Source: Octopus bimaculoides (lineage: Eukaryota). From it: 64,000 nucleotides of DNA. Shown here in pieces: positions 12,031 through 24,700 of this stretch. Position 1 is the stretch's first letter. The number at the start of each line of letters is the position of its first letter. The translations under genes and the position numbers were made by a program. The stretch spans positions 65,709,136 to 65,773,135 of the forward strand of contig NC_068991.1 of the NCBI RefSeq assembly GCF_001194135.2, read 5' to 3'. The notes beneath the pieces were generated by a model, which made no database searches, had not been told where the DNA came from, and saw nothing but the letters and a program-made list of their open reading frames with translations.

Positions 12031-12151
12031 AAGAAAATTATATAACTATTCCAAAAATGGAACAGGCTAGTGACTGTCTAGTAAGGAAGTAACTCCAAAG
12101 GAGGACTTAGAGCATGGTAACCCCTCCAACCTATACAAGCATACAATGTAA

Positions 12152-12187
<36 letters not shown>

Positions 12188-12190
12188 GGA

Positions 12191-12234
<44 letters not shown>

Positions 12235-12819
12235 ATCAAATAAAGTGAAGGAAATACTGTAGCCAGAAACAAGAGATGAGAGATTAATAGAACAAAGATA
12301 GCTAATAAGAAATAGTGTTCAATAATAACTTCCATCTAAATATATAAATGCAGAATTTTGCAATTTATTTTTTATATAAATAACTGTAGTAAGAATATCT
12401 TTCTGTTGTAGATGGAGACAAATGTCTAAGGACTTAGCTAGAAACCCTTTGAAATTTGAGTATTACTGAGGACTGGCATGATGAACTAATTCCAAAAAGT
12501 TGATAAAATTGTGTGGAAGGTCTTGCAACGTAAGAGAAAATGGCGAAGAGCATAATAAAAAAGCTATGAAACTGCTATAGCTAGAATTAAGATTCTATTG
12601 ATATTTTGTGATAAATTACCATTATTAAGCAACTGTCTAACATGTCTAGCCTCACTATCGTATATCAATATCATCATTATCATAGATCAGTATCAAATTT
12701 ACTCTGAAATCTCCACTTTATTAAAGCACTAATGTGTAATGTATAGAAAGATATACATGTGATAAGGAACTTCTACTTCCATTAGCAATTATAACTCCCT
12801 ACTGTTGCTTTGCCAGAAA

Positions 12820-13000
12820 TAACAGTTAAATAACCCTCAAATTATATCTACTGCCTTAAGAAAAGAAGGCTATATTGAATTAATGTTGGCCTACATATAT
12901 TTTATATCACAATAAAAGATGGAATGGTTACAAAGAGAATATCTTTGACTATAAGTTAAGCACAATCAGGACTAGCCTGGAAGATAAAACAAGTTTTTTG
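12820..13000 (+). repeat. Old interspersed repeat family E. Fragments also at ~15590-15720, 33290-33400, 44690-44885, 50080-50240, 52590-52720; minus ~15350-15480, 54450-54560
   Basis: Shared degenerate motif ...cagccaaat....tcaaat.acaccct.c..tcttaa.aa...acattggataatgt.gtcctagatac...gatggt.at.gct.gaat. Confidence 0.55.
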
Positions 13001-13462
13001 ACCTAAATGCCACTCACAATAAAGACAATAAAAACACAAAGGTATTGCTCTAATATGACCCAGATCAACACATGGGTTCATCAGGGACCCTGGCCCAGTA
13101 CATCGTTCCAAGGTATACAATCTGCTACTTGTGTGTCAAATGTAACGCTTATTTATTCACATCATTCTGAATTAATCATGCATTATTTTGTGGCTTCAAG
13201 GTTCAATGATGTGATCATTTATTTTTAGAAGGATACTGTAGGGTTGGTGTGAGAGGCTGAATCTGGCCAGTTAAAACATAAAACAAGTAGAATATTTTAG
13301 CATGATATATCCAGTTTAAATGCTTAGCTTACCAGGGCTACACAACAGCAATCATAAGGGCTGGAGTTGAATTACATTGATATCATCAGTCTGAGAGGAT
13401 CTGCAAGGATGATGAGATCTTTCCCTCTCTGAATTCCTGCATTGACATGTGGGGGAGAGATA

Positions 13463-13846
13463 TGTCGGCACTCCGTCACTTACGACGTCGAGGGTTCCAG
13501 TTGATCCAATCAACGGAACAGCCTGCTCGTGAAATTAACGTGCAAGTGGTTGAGCACTCCACAGACACGTGTACCCTTAACGTAGTTCTCGGGGATATTC
13601 AGCGTGACACTGTGTGACAAAGCTGACCCTTTTGCATTACAGGCGCAACAGAAACAGGAAGTAAGAGTGAGAGAAAGTTGTGGTGAAAGAGTACAGCAGG
13701 GTTCGCCACCATCCCCTGCCAGAGCCTCGTGGAGCTTTAGGTGTTTTCGCTCAATAAACACTCACAACGCCCGGTCTGGGAATCGAAACCGCGATCCTAT
13801 GACCATGAGTCTGCTGCCCTAACCACTGGGCCATTGCGCCTCCACA
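13463..13846 (-). mobile_element. SINE family B, full length with TSD
   Basis: Reverse complement of the 11002 copy. TSD gggggagagata / ggaggagagata at 13451-13462 and 13847-13858. Confidence 0.9.
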
Positions 13847-14950
13847 GGAGGAGAGATACAGCCAGTTGAATTTACTCTAATGTATGGTTGGTTCTTATTC
13901 TATTGGCTCCTTCAGGATGGTGGAAGACAAACTTGACAGTGATAAAATTTGAACTCAGAACATAAGGAGATGTAACTAAATACTGCTAACTTAGTGCTCT
14001 ATCTCTACTACTCTGGCATCTTACTCATATTAAAATAATAATAATAATAATAAAAGTAAAAAGAAAAATTAGTGAAATACTCCCTCAACATTAATAGAAA
14101 CCCAAAGATTATCAGGTTCATCTTCACAAGTATTTTTCACTTGGCTGTCATTATAGACTATGTGTGTTAAACATACATACTTAAGGTCCACTATACATAC
14201 CGTGTTACAGATCCTGGTACACATATAGCAGCTGTTTTATAAATAACAAATAGACATACTATTACTCAAATCTGCACACGCACACACTCACCTCCTATAT
14301 ATATATACTAAGTGAATAATCCTGTTGTTGTCTCTGCCCACCCTGTTACTCAGGTTTTGGCATACTCAAGTCAGTTGGTGACCCTTTGACCCTGCATAAA
14401 TTTCTATTGCATAATATAATTTGTACCTAAACACACACACATGACATGTTGGAACAGTTGTAGTCTATTGAACTGAATATAGTAAACATTTGCTGCAAAC
14501 CAACAATGGGATAGAATGCAATGCCAAAGCTGACTGACAGGACTTGAACTTGGTCATTAATCAACGAAATTAATTACTGTTCAGCACATTACCATCTGTG
14601 CCACCCTGAAATTAATTTTAGAGGAGATGGTGGTTAGTTACCTGATTATATATTTTAAGATTTATGTTTGCAGATTTTTGAAATAACTTCAGATTGAAGT
14701 TGAAGATTCATATTACATATTTAAGAGGATTAATAGTTTGTTGATTAATTATCATTAGTTGTGTTAATGCAACATCTTACAAGAAGCAAATCAGTTCCAT
14801 ATATGTTTTCCCAGTGCAGCATAACAAATGAGCTTGCTAGGTATACATCACAGTTAAAGAAACACCAATGTAGTATATGCTGTTTGAACTTGAGTGAGGA
14901 GTAGCAGCTGCTGTTCTTTTTGTTGTTTTGCCATGATTAAACAGGCCTAT

Positions 14951-15330
14951 GGAGGCGCAATGGCCCAGTGGTTAGGGCAGCGGACTCGTGGTCATAGGAT
15001 CGCGGTTTCGACTCCCAGACCGGGCGTTGTGAGTGTTTATTGAGCGAAAACACCTAAAGCTCCACGAGGCTCCGGCAGGGGATGGTGGTGAATCCTGCTG
15101 TACTCTTCCACCACAACTTTCTCTCACTCTTACTTCTTGTTTCTGTTGTGCCTGTAATTCAAAGGGTCAGCCTTGTCACACTGTGTCACGCTGAATATCC
15201 CCGAGAACTACGTTAAGGGTACACGTGTCTGTGGAGTGCTCAGCCACTTGCATGTTAATTTAACGAGCAGGCTGTTCCGTTGATCGGATCAACTGGAACC
15301 CTTGACGTTGTAAGTGACGGAGTGCCAACA
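14951..15330 (+). mobile_element. SINE family B, full length with TSD
   Basis: TSD aaacaggcctat at 14939-14950 and 15331-15342. Confidence 0.9.
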
Positions 15331-17188
15331 AAACAGGCCTATAATCAAAGAAGTTCCATCCAATGATGTCACATCTTTTATTTCAGACAGCACATCTAAC
15401 ACTACATCTGCTATGCCCTTTTAAGATGAGGCTTGACAGCTATTTTTAGTAGTTTAAGTGACCATGTAGAAACTTCCTTCACTGGATTAGCAGCAACCTC
15501 GGTAACTCAATTCAATAATTTTAACGAGCAATATTAATTTCTATCACTACAAACCTTGTACTTAGACATTACAACATCAAAGACAACTACATCCATTAAC
15601 ATTAATTGATGTAGTCCTAGATACAGAATGCCTTAAATAAATATAAAATGGTCATGGCTAGAATGCTTTCGATCACAGAGTCTCCTACATAAGGGCTTAT
15701 CTGGGTTAAATGATAACCAATACCATTATTTTTAATCACTAGGATTCTCTATCTCTCATTTATGGATGATCGTTTCCCGATAAATATATTTTGAATACTT
15801 TAATCCTAAGTGTGTGGGGGAGAAAAAGAAAAAGAAAAATATTGAAATAAAAATAAGGGAAATCAAATGTAATATTAAAAAATAATAAATATTCAGAAAT
15901 ACACATAATTTACAGATTGCGACACAACATGCAACAACAAAAAACAAAGAGTTAGTAAAATTAATTAGGGTGAATTGATTACAACACACACACAAATAAT
16001 AACTAGTGAAATAATAAGGAATAAGATGACACAATCAGCAATAATACTAGATAAGAACTTCCTTCTACTATGGATATTTTCTACAAAATTTAAAATTAAG
16101 TAGAGTGGTTACAATGACTTCTTGCCAATATGCCCAATATATAGTGTTGGGTAGGGAAAAAATGTTTTTTTTTAGTTTAATATAATATTTAGAAAGATGA
16201 TAAAATATAATCAGAACAAAGTTTAAATGTATAAAATGAGCTGTTTCATCTCTATTCACCATAAGGTGTCTTGTTCCTGGATATCTATGTTTACATTTCA
16301 ATCAGTTTGATCCTCAAGTGTCACTGGATATCTTATTCTTGGATATGTACATAAATCACAAATACCTAGTTTGATGAATTCAATTTAAGTGAAATATGTT
16401 TAGTAAAGTTTTATCCTAATAAACCAATGGCAAATGTAGAGCAGTTTTATCGATAAAAACATTATTATTGCTTCCTCAGAAATAATGATACCTTATTTAA
16501 ATCCAGTCAGTTATTATGTACACCACAAGACACCTGTTAATGACTGAAGTTCAAACTGATCAAAATATAGTGTAGAAGATAACAAGCTAGTACAAGTTTG
16601 TACAAGTGTTGGTACTATTTAATAAATGTACATGCTAAAGAAGTGATTAATAGTTTAGAAAATAATGATGTTATTAGAACTAAGTTTGCTTAACCTTATA
16701 TGTCCATCAGTCTGAAGAGCTATAAAGAGCAGACTGTGTGTTTGTATTAATTTTAAATATAATCTAACTTTATTCATTTGTCGTTTCAACCCCCCCACCA
16801 CCACTCATGTCAATGCTGATCAAAGAGACTTCTCTTTAAAAGCCTTCTAGCTGTAATTACCCCATTTTTTTTTTTTTTTTAGACATATATGTAAGACTAC
16901 ATAATCTAATAAGTTATTCCTTTAAGACAGTAGCTATCATTTCTAATAGATCAAGTAACCATGTACAGGTCCTTTTGCCAACTCATATATTGATAGCTTC
17001 AACATTAATATTGCTATAATATTTTGATCAAAATCAAAACACTTTAACACAAGCAGTCTTGGGTGTATTAGATATTAAAAGGATAAACATATCTACTTTC
17101 CCATGATGACCACCACCTCTCATTAAACAATAATATCCCACTACTAATTATTAGATTCCTTTACTGCTTATCTCTACATTTTAACACA

Positions 17189-17260
17189 TTCCATTAATCC
17201 AGTGGTTAGGATTCCTGGCTTTCATCCAGGAAGCCCAGGGTTCGATTCTCAGCAAAGGAA
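17189..17260 (+). pseudogene. Degenerate tRNA-Glu(TTC)
   Basis: ttccatt...agtggttaggatt-cctgg-ctTTCat-ccagg-aagc-ccaggg-ttcgatt-ctcag-caaaggaa. The anticodon stem is perfect and carries TTC. The A and B boxes are recognisable. The acceptor, D and T stems have mismatches or indels. Confidence 0.75.
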
Positions 17261-17430
17261 TGTTACATTAGGTGCAGGCATGGCTGTATTGTAAGAAGAT
17301 TGCTTCCCAACCACAAGGATTCAGGCTCAGTCCCACTTCAGGGCACTGTAGGCAAGTGTCTTCTACTATAGCCCTGGCCAACAACCAAAGCCTTGAGAGT
17401 GAATTTAAATGAAAACTGAAAGAAGTCCAT

Positions 17431-17482
<52 letters not shown>

Positions 17483-17868
17483 CACATACATAAATATATA
17501 TAACTGTATAATAACATTTAATAATAATATTTTATTCTCTGATTTGAAGCGACAATTTATAAATACAAATGACTGAAAACTGATGAGCTAATCCCATAGT
17601 AGCTTTCTCTCTGTAACTTACAAAGCCTTCTGCACTTGTTCACAAATATCATATGTAGTTNNNNNNNNNNNNNNNNNNNNNNNNNNNNNNNNNNNNNNNN
17701 NNNNNNNNNNNNNNNNNNNNNNNNNNNNNNNNNNNNNNNNNNNNNNNNNNNNNNNNNNNNNNNNNNNNNNNNNNNNNNNNNNNNNNNNNNNNNNNNNNNN
17801 NNNNNNNNNNNNNNNNNNNNNNNNNNNNNNNNNNNNNNNNNNNNNNNNNNNNNNNNNNNNNNNNNNNN

Positions 17869-17899
<31 letters not shown>

Positions 17900-18354
17900 A
17901 CCAGGATCAATTCATTCAACAAAAACAGTTGTAGCATGGCCTTAATCCAATGACTGAAACAAGTTTAAAAAATTGGAAAAAGGTAAGAGATAATTACACC
18001 TCCACCATTCAATCATACTTTAATTACACCACCACACACATCTTCACTTACATTAATTACGCTATAAACATTTCTGATGCCCCAAGGGGCACTTAAGGGC
18101 CAATGATTAGTTCTAGCTTCGTGATGTGAAGTGAATGGGAGATGGTTGGTTGTTGACTGATTTATATGGATCCACCAAGACAATAGTTCTAAAAAGAAAG
18201 CGAGTTGCATTGAAAATAGTGATTCATTGAAACCTTCACAAAGAACTGGTTTGAGGCAATCTGAGGCAAACAAGTTGCTTTTGTACAATTTTAGAAGAGA
18301 AATATGCATCAGTAATAGGATGAATTGTGGTGATTTTATTTGCATTAAAAGTGT

Positions 18355-18408
<54 letters not shown>

Positions 18409-18770
18409 GTAGATATTACACACTGGTGCAATACTGTGATAATACATAAAAGAGAAGCATTCTTATTTAATTTAGAGATCAGGCATAGCTGTGTGGTTAA
18501 GCAACTTACTTTGCAACCATGTAGTTTTGGGTAACACTGTGAGGCACTTTGGGCAAGTGTCTTCTATCAAAGCCTTGAGCCAACTAATCCTTATAAGTGA
18601 ATTTGGTAAATGGAAAAAGTGTAGATGCCCATTGTGTGTGTATGTGTGTGTGCGTGTATTTCGCTTTTGTATTTGGTTTGCAAGATTCTTTATGTGAATT
18701 CGTGTGTTGAAGCATATTTTATTGTGTCTGGGGAGAGTCATTCTCTTTTAGCACCTTATTAATTATATAT

Positions 18771-19530
18771 TCTGTAAATAATAATATTTTATAAGCTTAT
18801 AAGCTATCACCATGTAAAGAAAATAGTCCAATATTGGGGCATATAAGCCCTTAACGGAAAAAAGTGGGTTTTCCATATGCAGGGGACTTGAACTAACACC
18901 TCTATATATTTGCAATAAGTGTGCTGCCATTACACTAATGTAACCACTTGCTTGTTTTTATTAGATTTATGAACTATAATTTCATAGAGCTGTGTTATTA
19001 AACAAACAAGCATGCGCATTTTCTACAGTAATCTGAGAAGCAGTGATGAGTGACAATTCTGTAAATAATATTCCATAAGCTGAGAGCTTATAAGCAATCA
19101 CCATGTACTGATGAAAGAAAATAGTCAAATATTGGGGGATATAAGCCCTCAATGGAAAACAAGAAGGTTTCTGTACGTGTATGTATATAAACATGTATAC
19201 CTCTGTTTTTCTCTTCCTACACGACATGACAACAGTGCAGGTTTGTTTACATCCCTTCATTGATGTTCATGAGTAATTCAGCATGTACACCAATTTTGCA
19301 CCTGGTTTTCTGTGCCAATATGAGTTGGACAAGTTGTTTTTTTTCCAGCACAAACTTGTCACATATTGCAGTCTTTTACCTCCTTTATGAGGTTCGACTT
19401 TCTGAGATGAACATTCACCACTTCTAGCAATGTCTTCCTGAGATGAACATTCACCACTTCTAGCAATGTCTACCTGAAGTTCCTTACACACCAATTGCTT
19501 GGTACTCAACTGCCTTTTCTCTATCACACT
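18771..19530 (-). mobile_element. Possible decayed piggyBac-type transposase 3' end and subterminal repeats
   Basis: Minus frame KGCKQTCTVVMSCRKRKTEVYMFIYIHVQKPSCFP loosely resembles the Cys-rich C-terminus of piggyBac transposases. Diverged ~100-bp direct repeats lie at ~18771-18880 and ~19058-19170. A 36-bp tandem duplication lies at 19402-19473. Confidence 0.3.
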
Positions 19531-20949
19531 ACATCTGATTTCTCTTATACTTAGTTTTTATTCCCCACCCCCACCCAGATTATTTGTACTGCCTTTCATA
19601 CACACTAACATTACACATCTAACAAAGCATGCACAACACATTTCTTTCATTACCATGAAACATCACACAATCTGTCTTTCACCTGGAAAGAAAATTTTTT
19701 AGTTGCTAGTAAAGGTAGTAGCTTGGACTACATTATCTTGCATTCTTTCTTTTATTTTTTAAAGAGATACGGTGAGATCTGTAAGCTGAATAACCACAGT
19801 TTCCTCTCATGTGACAACAAACTCTCCAAATTTTTTATTTAGAATTTTTTATGTTTTAACTCTCCAAGCAGCTATCTTCTGCAAGCCAGTAAAAATATTA
19901 TCAAAGAATTTATATCTAAAGATAACTAATATAAAGACAATATTTAGTTAATAATTAAAGGTCTTAGCATCATGACAATGCATTTGATAATGAAAGAAAA
20001 AAAGCCATAACAAAACTGCAAGCTTTGTGTTGGAAAAGGATAAGGATAAGCAAAAAAACTACTCCATGACTATGATGCAGGTCAAATTATATTTCTGTAA
20101 TGACTTTACACTATGATAAATCGAATTTGATATTTTTTTAACCAAACCTCATTAACTGGCAATAAAAAGATATTTTGATTTAATCAAAATATAAAATTGA
20201 GATTAAAAGCTTTAGTAGTTTCCCAAAGAGATCTCTCCATAGCGCTTCTTACTGTTAATCAGAAGTCAGAGTTTAATTTTACATTAACCTTGATTGAGCC
20301 AGCATATGATCAATGGCATTCCAGTTGTGATATTCCACTCTCTAAGAGGTATCTTTTATTTTCTATCGTTTGTTTTAATCATTGGACTGTGGCTATACTG
20401 GGGCACCACTGGTTAGCTTTGCAGAGCCACTAGGTTATAGCAGACAAACAAATCAACATTGATTTATCAAGTAATGTAGATGAGGGGCAAACACAAATAC
20501 AAAGACACACACAATGGTCTTCCACACAGTTTCCATCTACCGAATTCACTTGCAAGGCATTGGTTGGCCTGGGGCTATAGTAGAAGACACTTACTCTAAG
20601 TGCTGTACAGTGTAACTGAAAATGAAACTACATGGCTGCAAGGTACATGGCTCTTAACCACACAGCTATAGGTATTTAGAATTACATTAAGTAAAGACGA
20701 TGAGGTTTAATTTGAAAAAAATTTGGCTACTATATCTAGCATGTTAAATAAGCATGCAAAGCCAGCCTTGTTGATTCACTAATCTGCATGTAGCCAAAGT
20801 AGTTTCCGTACTAGTTAGAAGTGTAACTGATTTTGCTTTAAATCAGATATGCTGCCAAACTATGAATACTATGAATACAAAGTGTGTGGACCTAAAAAAA
20901 CAAATTTATTCAGATTAAATTTTGTACACTTAAGTACTTTATGTTTTCA

Positions 20950-21180
20950 CTTTTTAGCATTCAGATTACTGGGCCAAATGTAATGTTTATTTATTCACAT
21001 GGTTTTGAATTGACCGTGCATTATTATGTAGCTTTAAGATTTTGATGATGTAGTTGCTCATTTTCAGAATGACTTTGTGAGATAGGTGTTAGTGGTTAGA
21101 TCTAACCAGTTTAAGCATAAAAGCATAAAATAAGTAGAATATTTGGGCCAGATATGGCTGGTTTAAATGCTAAAGGGTCA
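20950..21180. mobile_element. TTAA-type (piggyBac-like) MITE family 1. Also ~13120-13325 and 26268-26475
   Basis: Ends (cc)tttagcatt...aatgctaaaggg(t)caa, with a shared internal sequence ggccagttt.a.cataaaac.agtaga.tattt. Confidence 0.6.
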
Positions 21181-21716
21181 AAAAAACAAAAGCAAGATGT
21201 GGTGATAAAAAAATGAAGTGATCTGGGATATTCCTCGTCTTTGAGGATTTTCAGAATTCTTGGTCAAGTTGTTGAAACTAAACAATTTGACTAATTCACC
21301 TAAATTGATATTGGTGACACAAGAATGACATTATTTGATGTCACAGGGTCATCAATGGTCAAAGTGGATTCAGAAGGTCATGGGAAACCAAACATAGGAA
21401 ATAATTTGATAACATGGAATTGCAGCATTCATAAACATTGTTGTGCTTTGGAATTAATTTCTTCCCATTTTGAGATTGTTTACAATTTTCTCAGATTATG
21501 GCATAATTTCTACATTTAATTCATTGATTGCAGCAAAGCAAATTTCAATATAGAAGAGGTGCAGGTATGATAGTGTGGTAAGAAATTTGCTTCCCAATCA
21601 CATGGTTTTGAGTTCAGTCCCACAGCATGGCACCTTGGGAAACTGTCTTCTAAGGTCCCAAGCCAACTAAAGCCTTGTGAGTGGATTTGGAAAACAAAAA
21701 CTAAAAGAAGCACATG

Positions 21717-21785
<69 letters not shown>

Positions 21786-24700
21786 TCCTTGCTTCAACTT
21801 CACACAATAGGTGTAAATGAGTTCCACCATCATATAAGTGGTGTCCTTTTTCAATCTTCCAAAAACATCTTTCATAGGGAAATACCACCTTTCTTGACAA
21901 CAAGTGAGACTTGGTGACAGGAAGGGCATCCAGCCATAAAAAATCTCTCTCGACAAATTCCATCTAACTCATGCAAGAACAAAAAAGCTGATGTTAAGAT
22001 GACGATGAAGAGTGTAAAATCATGGAATAGAAATCACTACGGAAACGGGATAAAATCTACTTATGGTAGGTGGGGGGGGGGGGTTAATATCTGTGTTTTA
22101 TGAATTAGGCTGATGTTTTGTGAGGAAGTTGCAGAGAGCAAGAAGGATAGATAAGTAAATCTAAAACACCACTTATTTAACAATATAGTCAATATGCAAT
22201 AAAGTATGAATATATATCAAAGAGAAAAGTAGTAGAACTAGATTTGTTTTATAGTACATACTGGTGATTCATTGATTTATTATTTAATTACAAAACTAAC
22301 AGACATGTTTATCAACATCATTACCATCAACATCACTTCTGATGATATAATTAAGCAATAACAATCAACTAATGAAGCATTAGCATTAAAAAAAAAAATT
22401 TTTTTAACTGACAAATGTTTGAATGAATTTTCATTTGTTCATTTTATGTCCTTTTTTTTTTTTCCATGGTGGCAAGGATCAGATGATATGCTAGTGAGGC
22501 ATTGTTTTACAGTCATATACCATTCCTGGCATTAACCTTTACCCGTTTTTCAAGTAAGAGGTCTCTTATTCCACACACTTTCAAAAAGGTACAAAGTGAG
22601 TGGACGATTTGTTGACAGGAAAACTAACATCACCATAGATAGAAGTGAACACAAATATAAACACACATGCACATGTGTGTATGAGAGGGGGAGAGAAAGA
22701 GGAGAGTTTCTGTGTAATGTTTCAGTTTGTCTACCAGATCCACTCATATGGCTTTGGTTGGCCAGGGGCTATAATAGAAGACATTCGTCCAAGGTGCCAC
22801 ACTGTTGGACTAAACCCAGAGTTTTGCTTTTACTTATTATTTATATTTTTTTTAATGATATTATGAAAGTATAATAGCTGTTACTATGCTAGTCTATTGA
22901 TTTTAGGTTCAATCCCTACAAACAATACAATAAGCTCTTAAGCAAGATTTGCTTGACTCCAGTCTACATAGCTGAAAATAGTAACTGTTCCCACTTCATG
23001 GCTGGGTGGTTAGCATTAGGGAAGGCATTCAACTGTAAAACACATTTATATAATTCATCACAGAATCATCAAATTCATTCAAGTGTGGAAAACAAATATA
23101 TAAAATTATTACAATATAGAATGTATAAAAGATAATTTTGGCTTCGTTTATAGAGATTAAAAGACTCCAGATTTAATTGTATCGAAAATGAAATAAAACA
23201 AAATGTAGCTCTTTTGTAACCCTTTACCCATTGGCTTTGCCTTTTATTTCAGAACTATAAACTAGATCCCGATGCCGGTTAAACCATCATGCTGAGCTCT
23301 GTGACCAAGTTCCTACTAATCTTACTTAGTCTTCTCTTAATCTCTTTCTGTAGCCACGTTGCAATAGTCTGGAACAACCATTCCAGTTTATGAATGCAAT
23401 CACTGAGATTGAAAACAAATATTGATTTCTTAAGCATTCTAAGACCTCAGATGCATAGGGGAGAGAAAATGAGATTATGCAAAATTCTCAAAAGCACTAG
23501 TGATATAAGAGAAATGAAATGGCTATAACTGGAAATTGAACTTGGATCAAATACACACACATACACATATTTCCTAAGGGCTTAACTCTAGCCAACCATG
23601 CTTTCCACACTTACAATACATTAAGTTATTTTGACCAGACACAAAAACAACTCTATTAAAAGAAAGATGTGATTCACTAAATTTTCTCCAGTAATTTACT
23701 TCTATTTATTTTACAGCTGCAGGTGTGGATGTGTGGTAAGGAGTTTCTCCCCAATCACATGGTTTTGAGTTCATTTCCATTGCATGGCACTTTAGTAAGG
23801 CATTTACTATAGCTTGAGGCCAACCAAAGCCCTGTGAACGAATTTAGTAGACAGAAACTGAAAAAAGTGTGTGTATGTGTGTACATGCACTATTGTGTAT
23901 CCTTGCCTTGACATCATGTGGTAGTCGTGATTGTCACCATCATGCAAGCAAATGTCCTTTGTTTCCAGTCTTCAGAGATATGTCTTCTGGTCATGAAGGA
24001 AATGTTACCTTACTTTGAAACCGGTATGGTTTGGCAACAGGAAAGGCATTCAGCTATATAAAATCTGCTTCAATAAATTGTCTGACCCATATGAGCATAG
24101 AAAAATGGATGTTGCATACTGATGAAATTTCACTTCAGAAATTAAATAAAATAAATACAAACAATCGTTATTATCTCAAATTTATAACAGTTATTAAATT
24201 ATCTCGTTCACCTCTAAGAGAAGGGCTGTTTTCAGTCTGTGGGTTTGCTTCTTCCTTTTTGGAAAAACATTAATGAAATCTATGCTAGAAAGTTCAACCC
24301 ATTTCATACAGTTTATCTTCTCTCTCAGAATTCATTACGAAACTACAAACCACGTGTGATATAGCTGTCATATAATCAATGTTAAAGGATTAAAATATTT
24401 TATTCAATAATAGATTTTAATCCATTCATCTCTGGAATTTTCCTTAGTTGATTGTTCTAAGATTTTCAAAATCTAATCGCATTCACACCAGTAAAAACAG
24501 AATTGTCTTAAAAGATTAAGTTTTTTTTTTTTTTATTAATAATCCCAAACTCATCTTAAAAGAAGTTTCTTTTTATTGTTTCTTTTTTACTTGTTTCAGT
24601 CACTGGATTGAGGCCTTGCTGGGGCACTAACTTGAAAAAAATCAGCTCCACTACTTATTTTGAGGAAAGGTAATTATTCTATCAGTCTCTTTTGCCAAAC

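Noticed and set aside
13045-13095. CTGATGA + accca/tgggt stem on minus
   Set aside because: Followed by cata, not GAAA, with no stem I.
17578-17615. CTGATGA + gcta/tagc stem on plus
   Set aside because: Followed by tttc, not GAAA.
23326-23402. 77-nt minus segment with good acceptor and donor (DCIHKLEWLFQTIATWLQKEIKRRL; the alternative frame has an ABCC-like LLQRGYRKRL)
   Set aside because: The ABCC-like frame ends in a stop at the donor, and no supporting neighbouring exons were recognised. Chance is likely.
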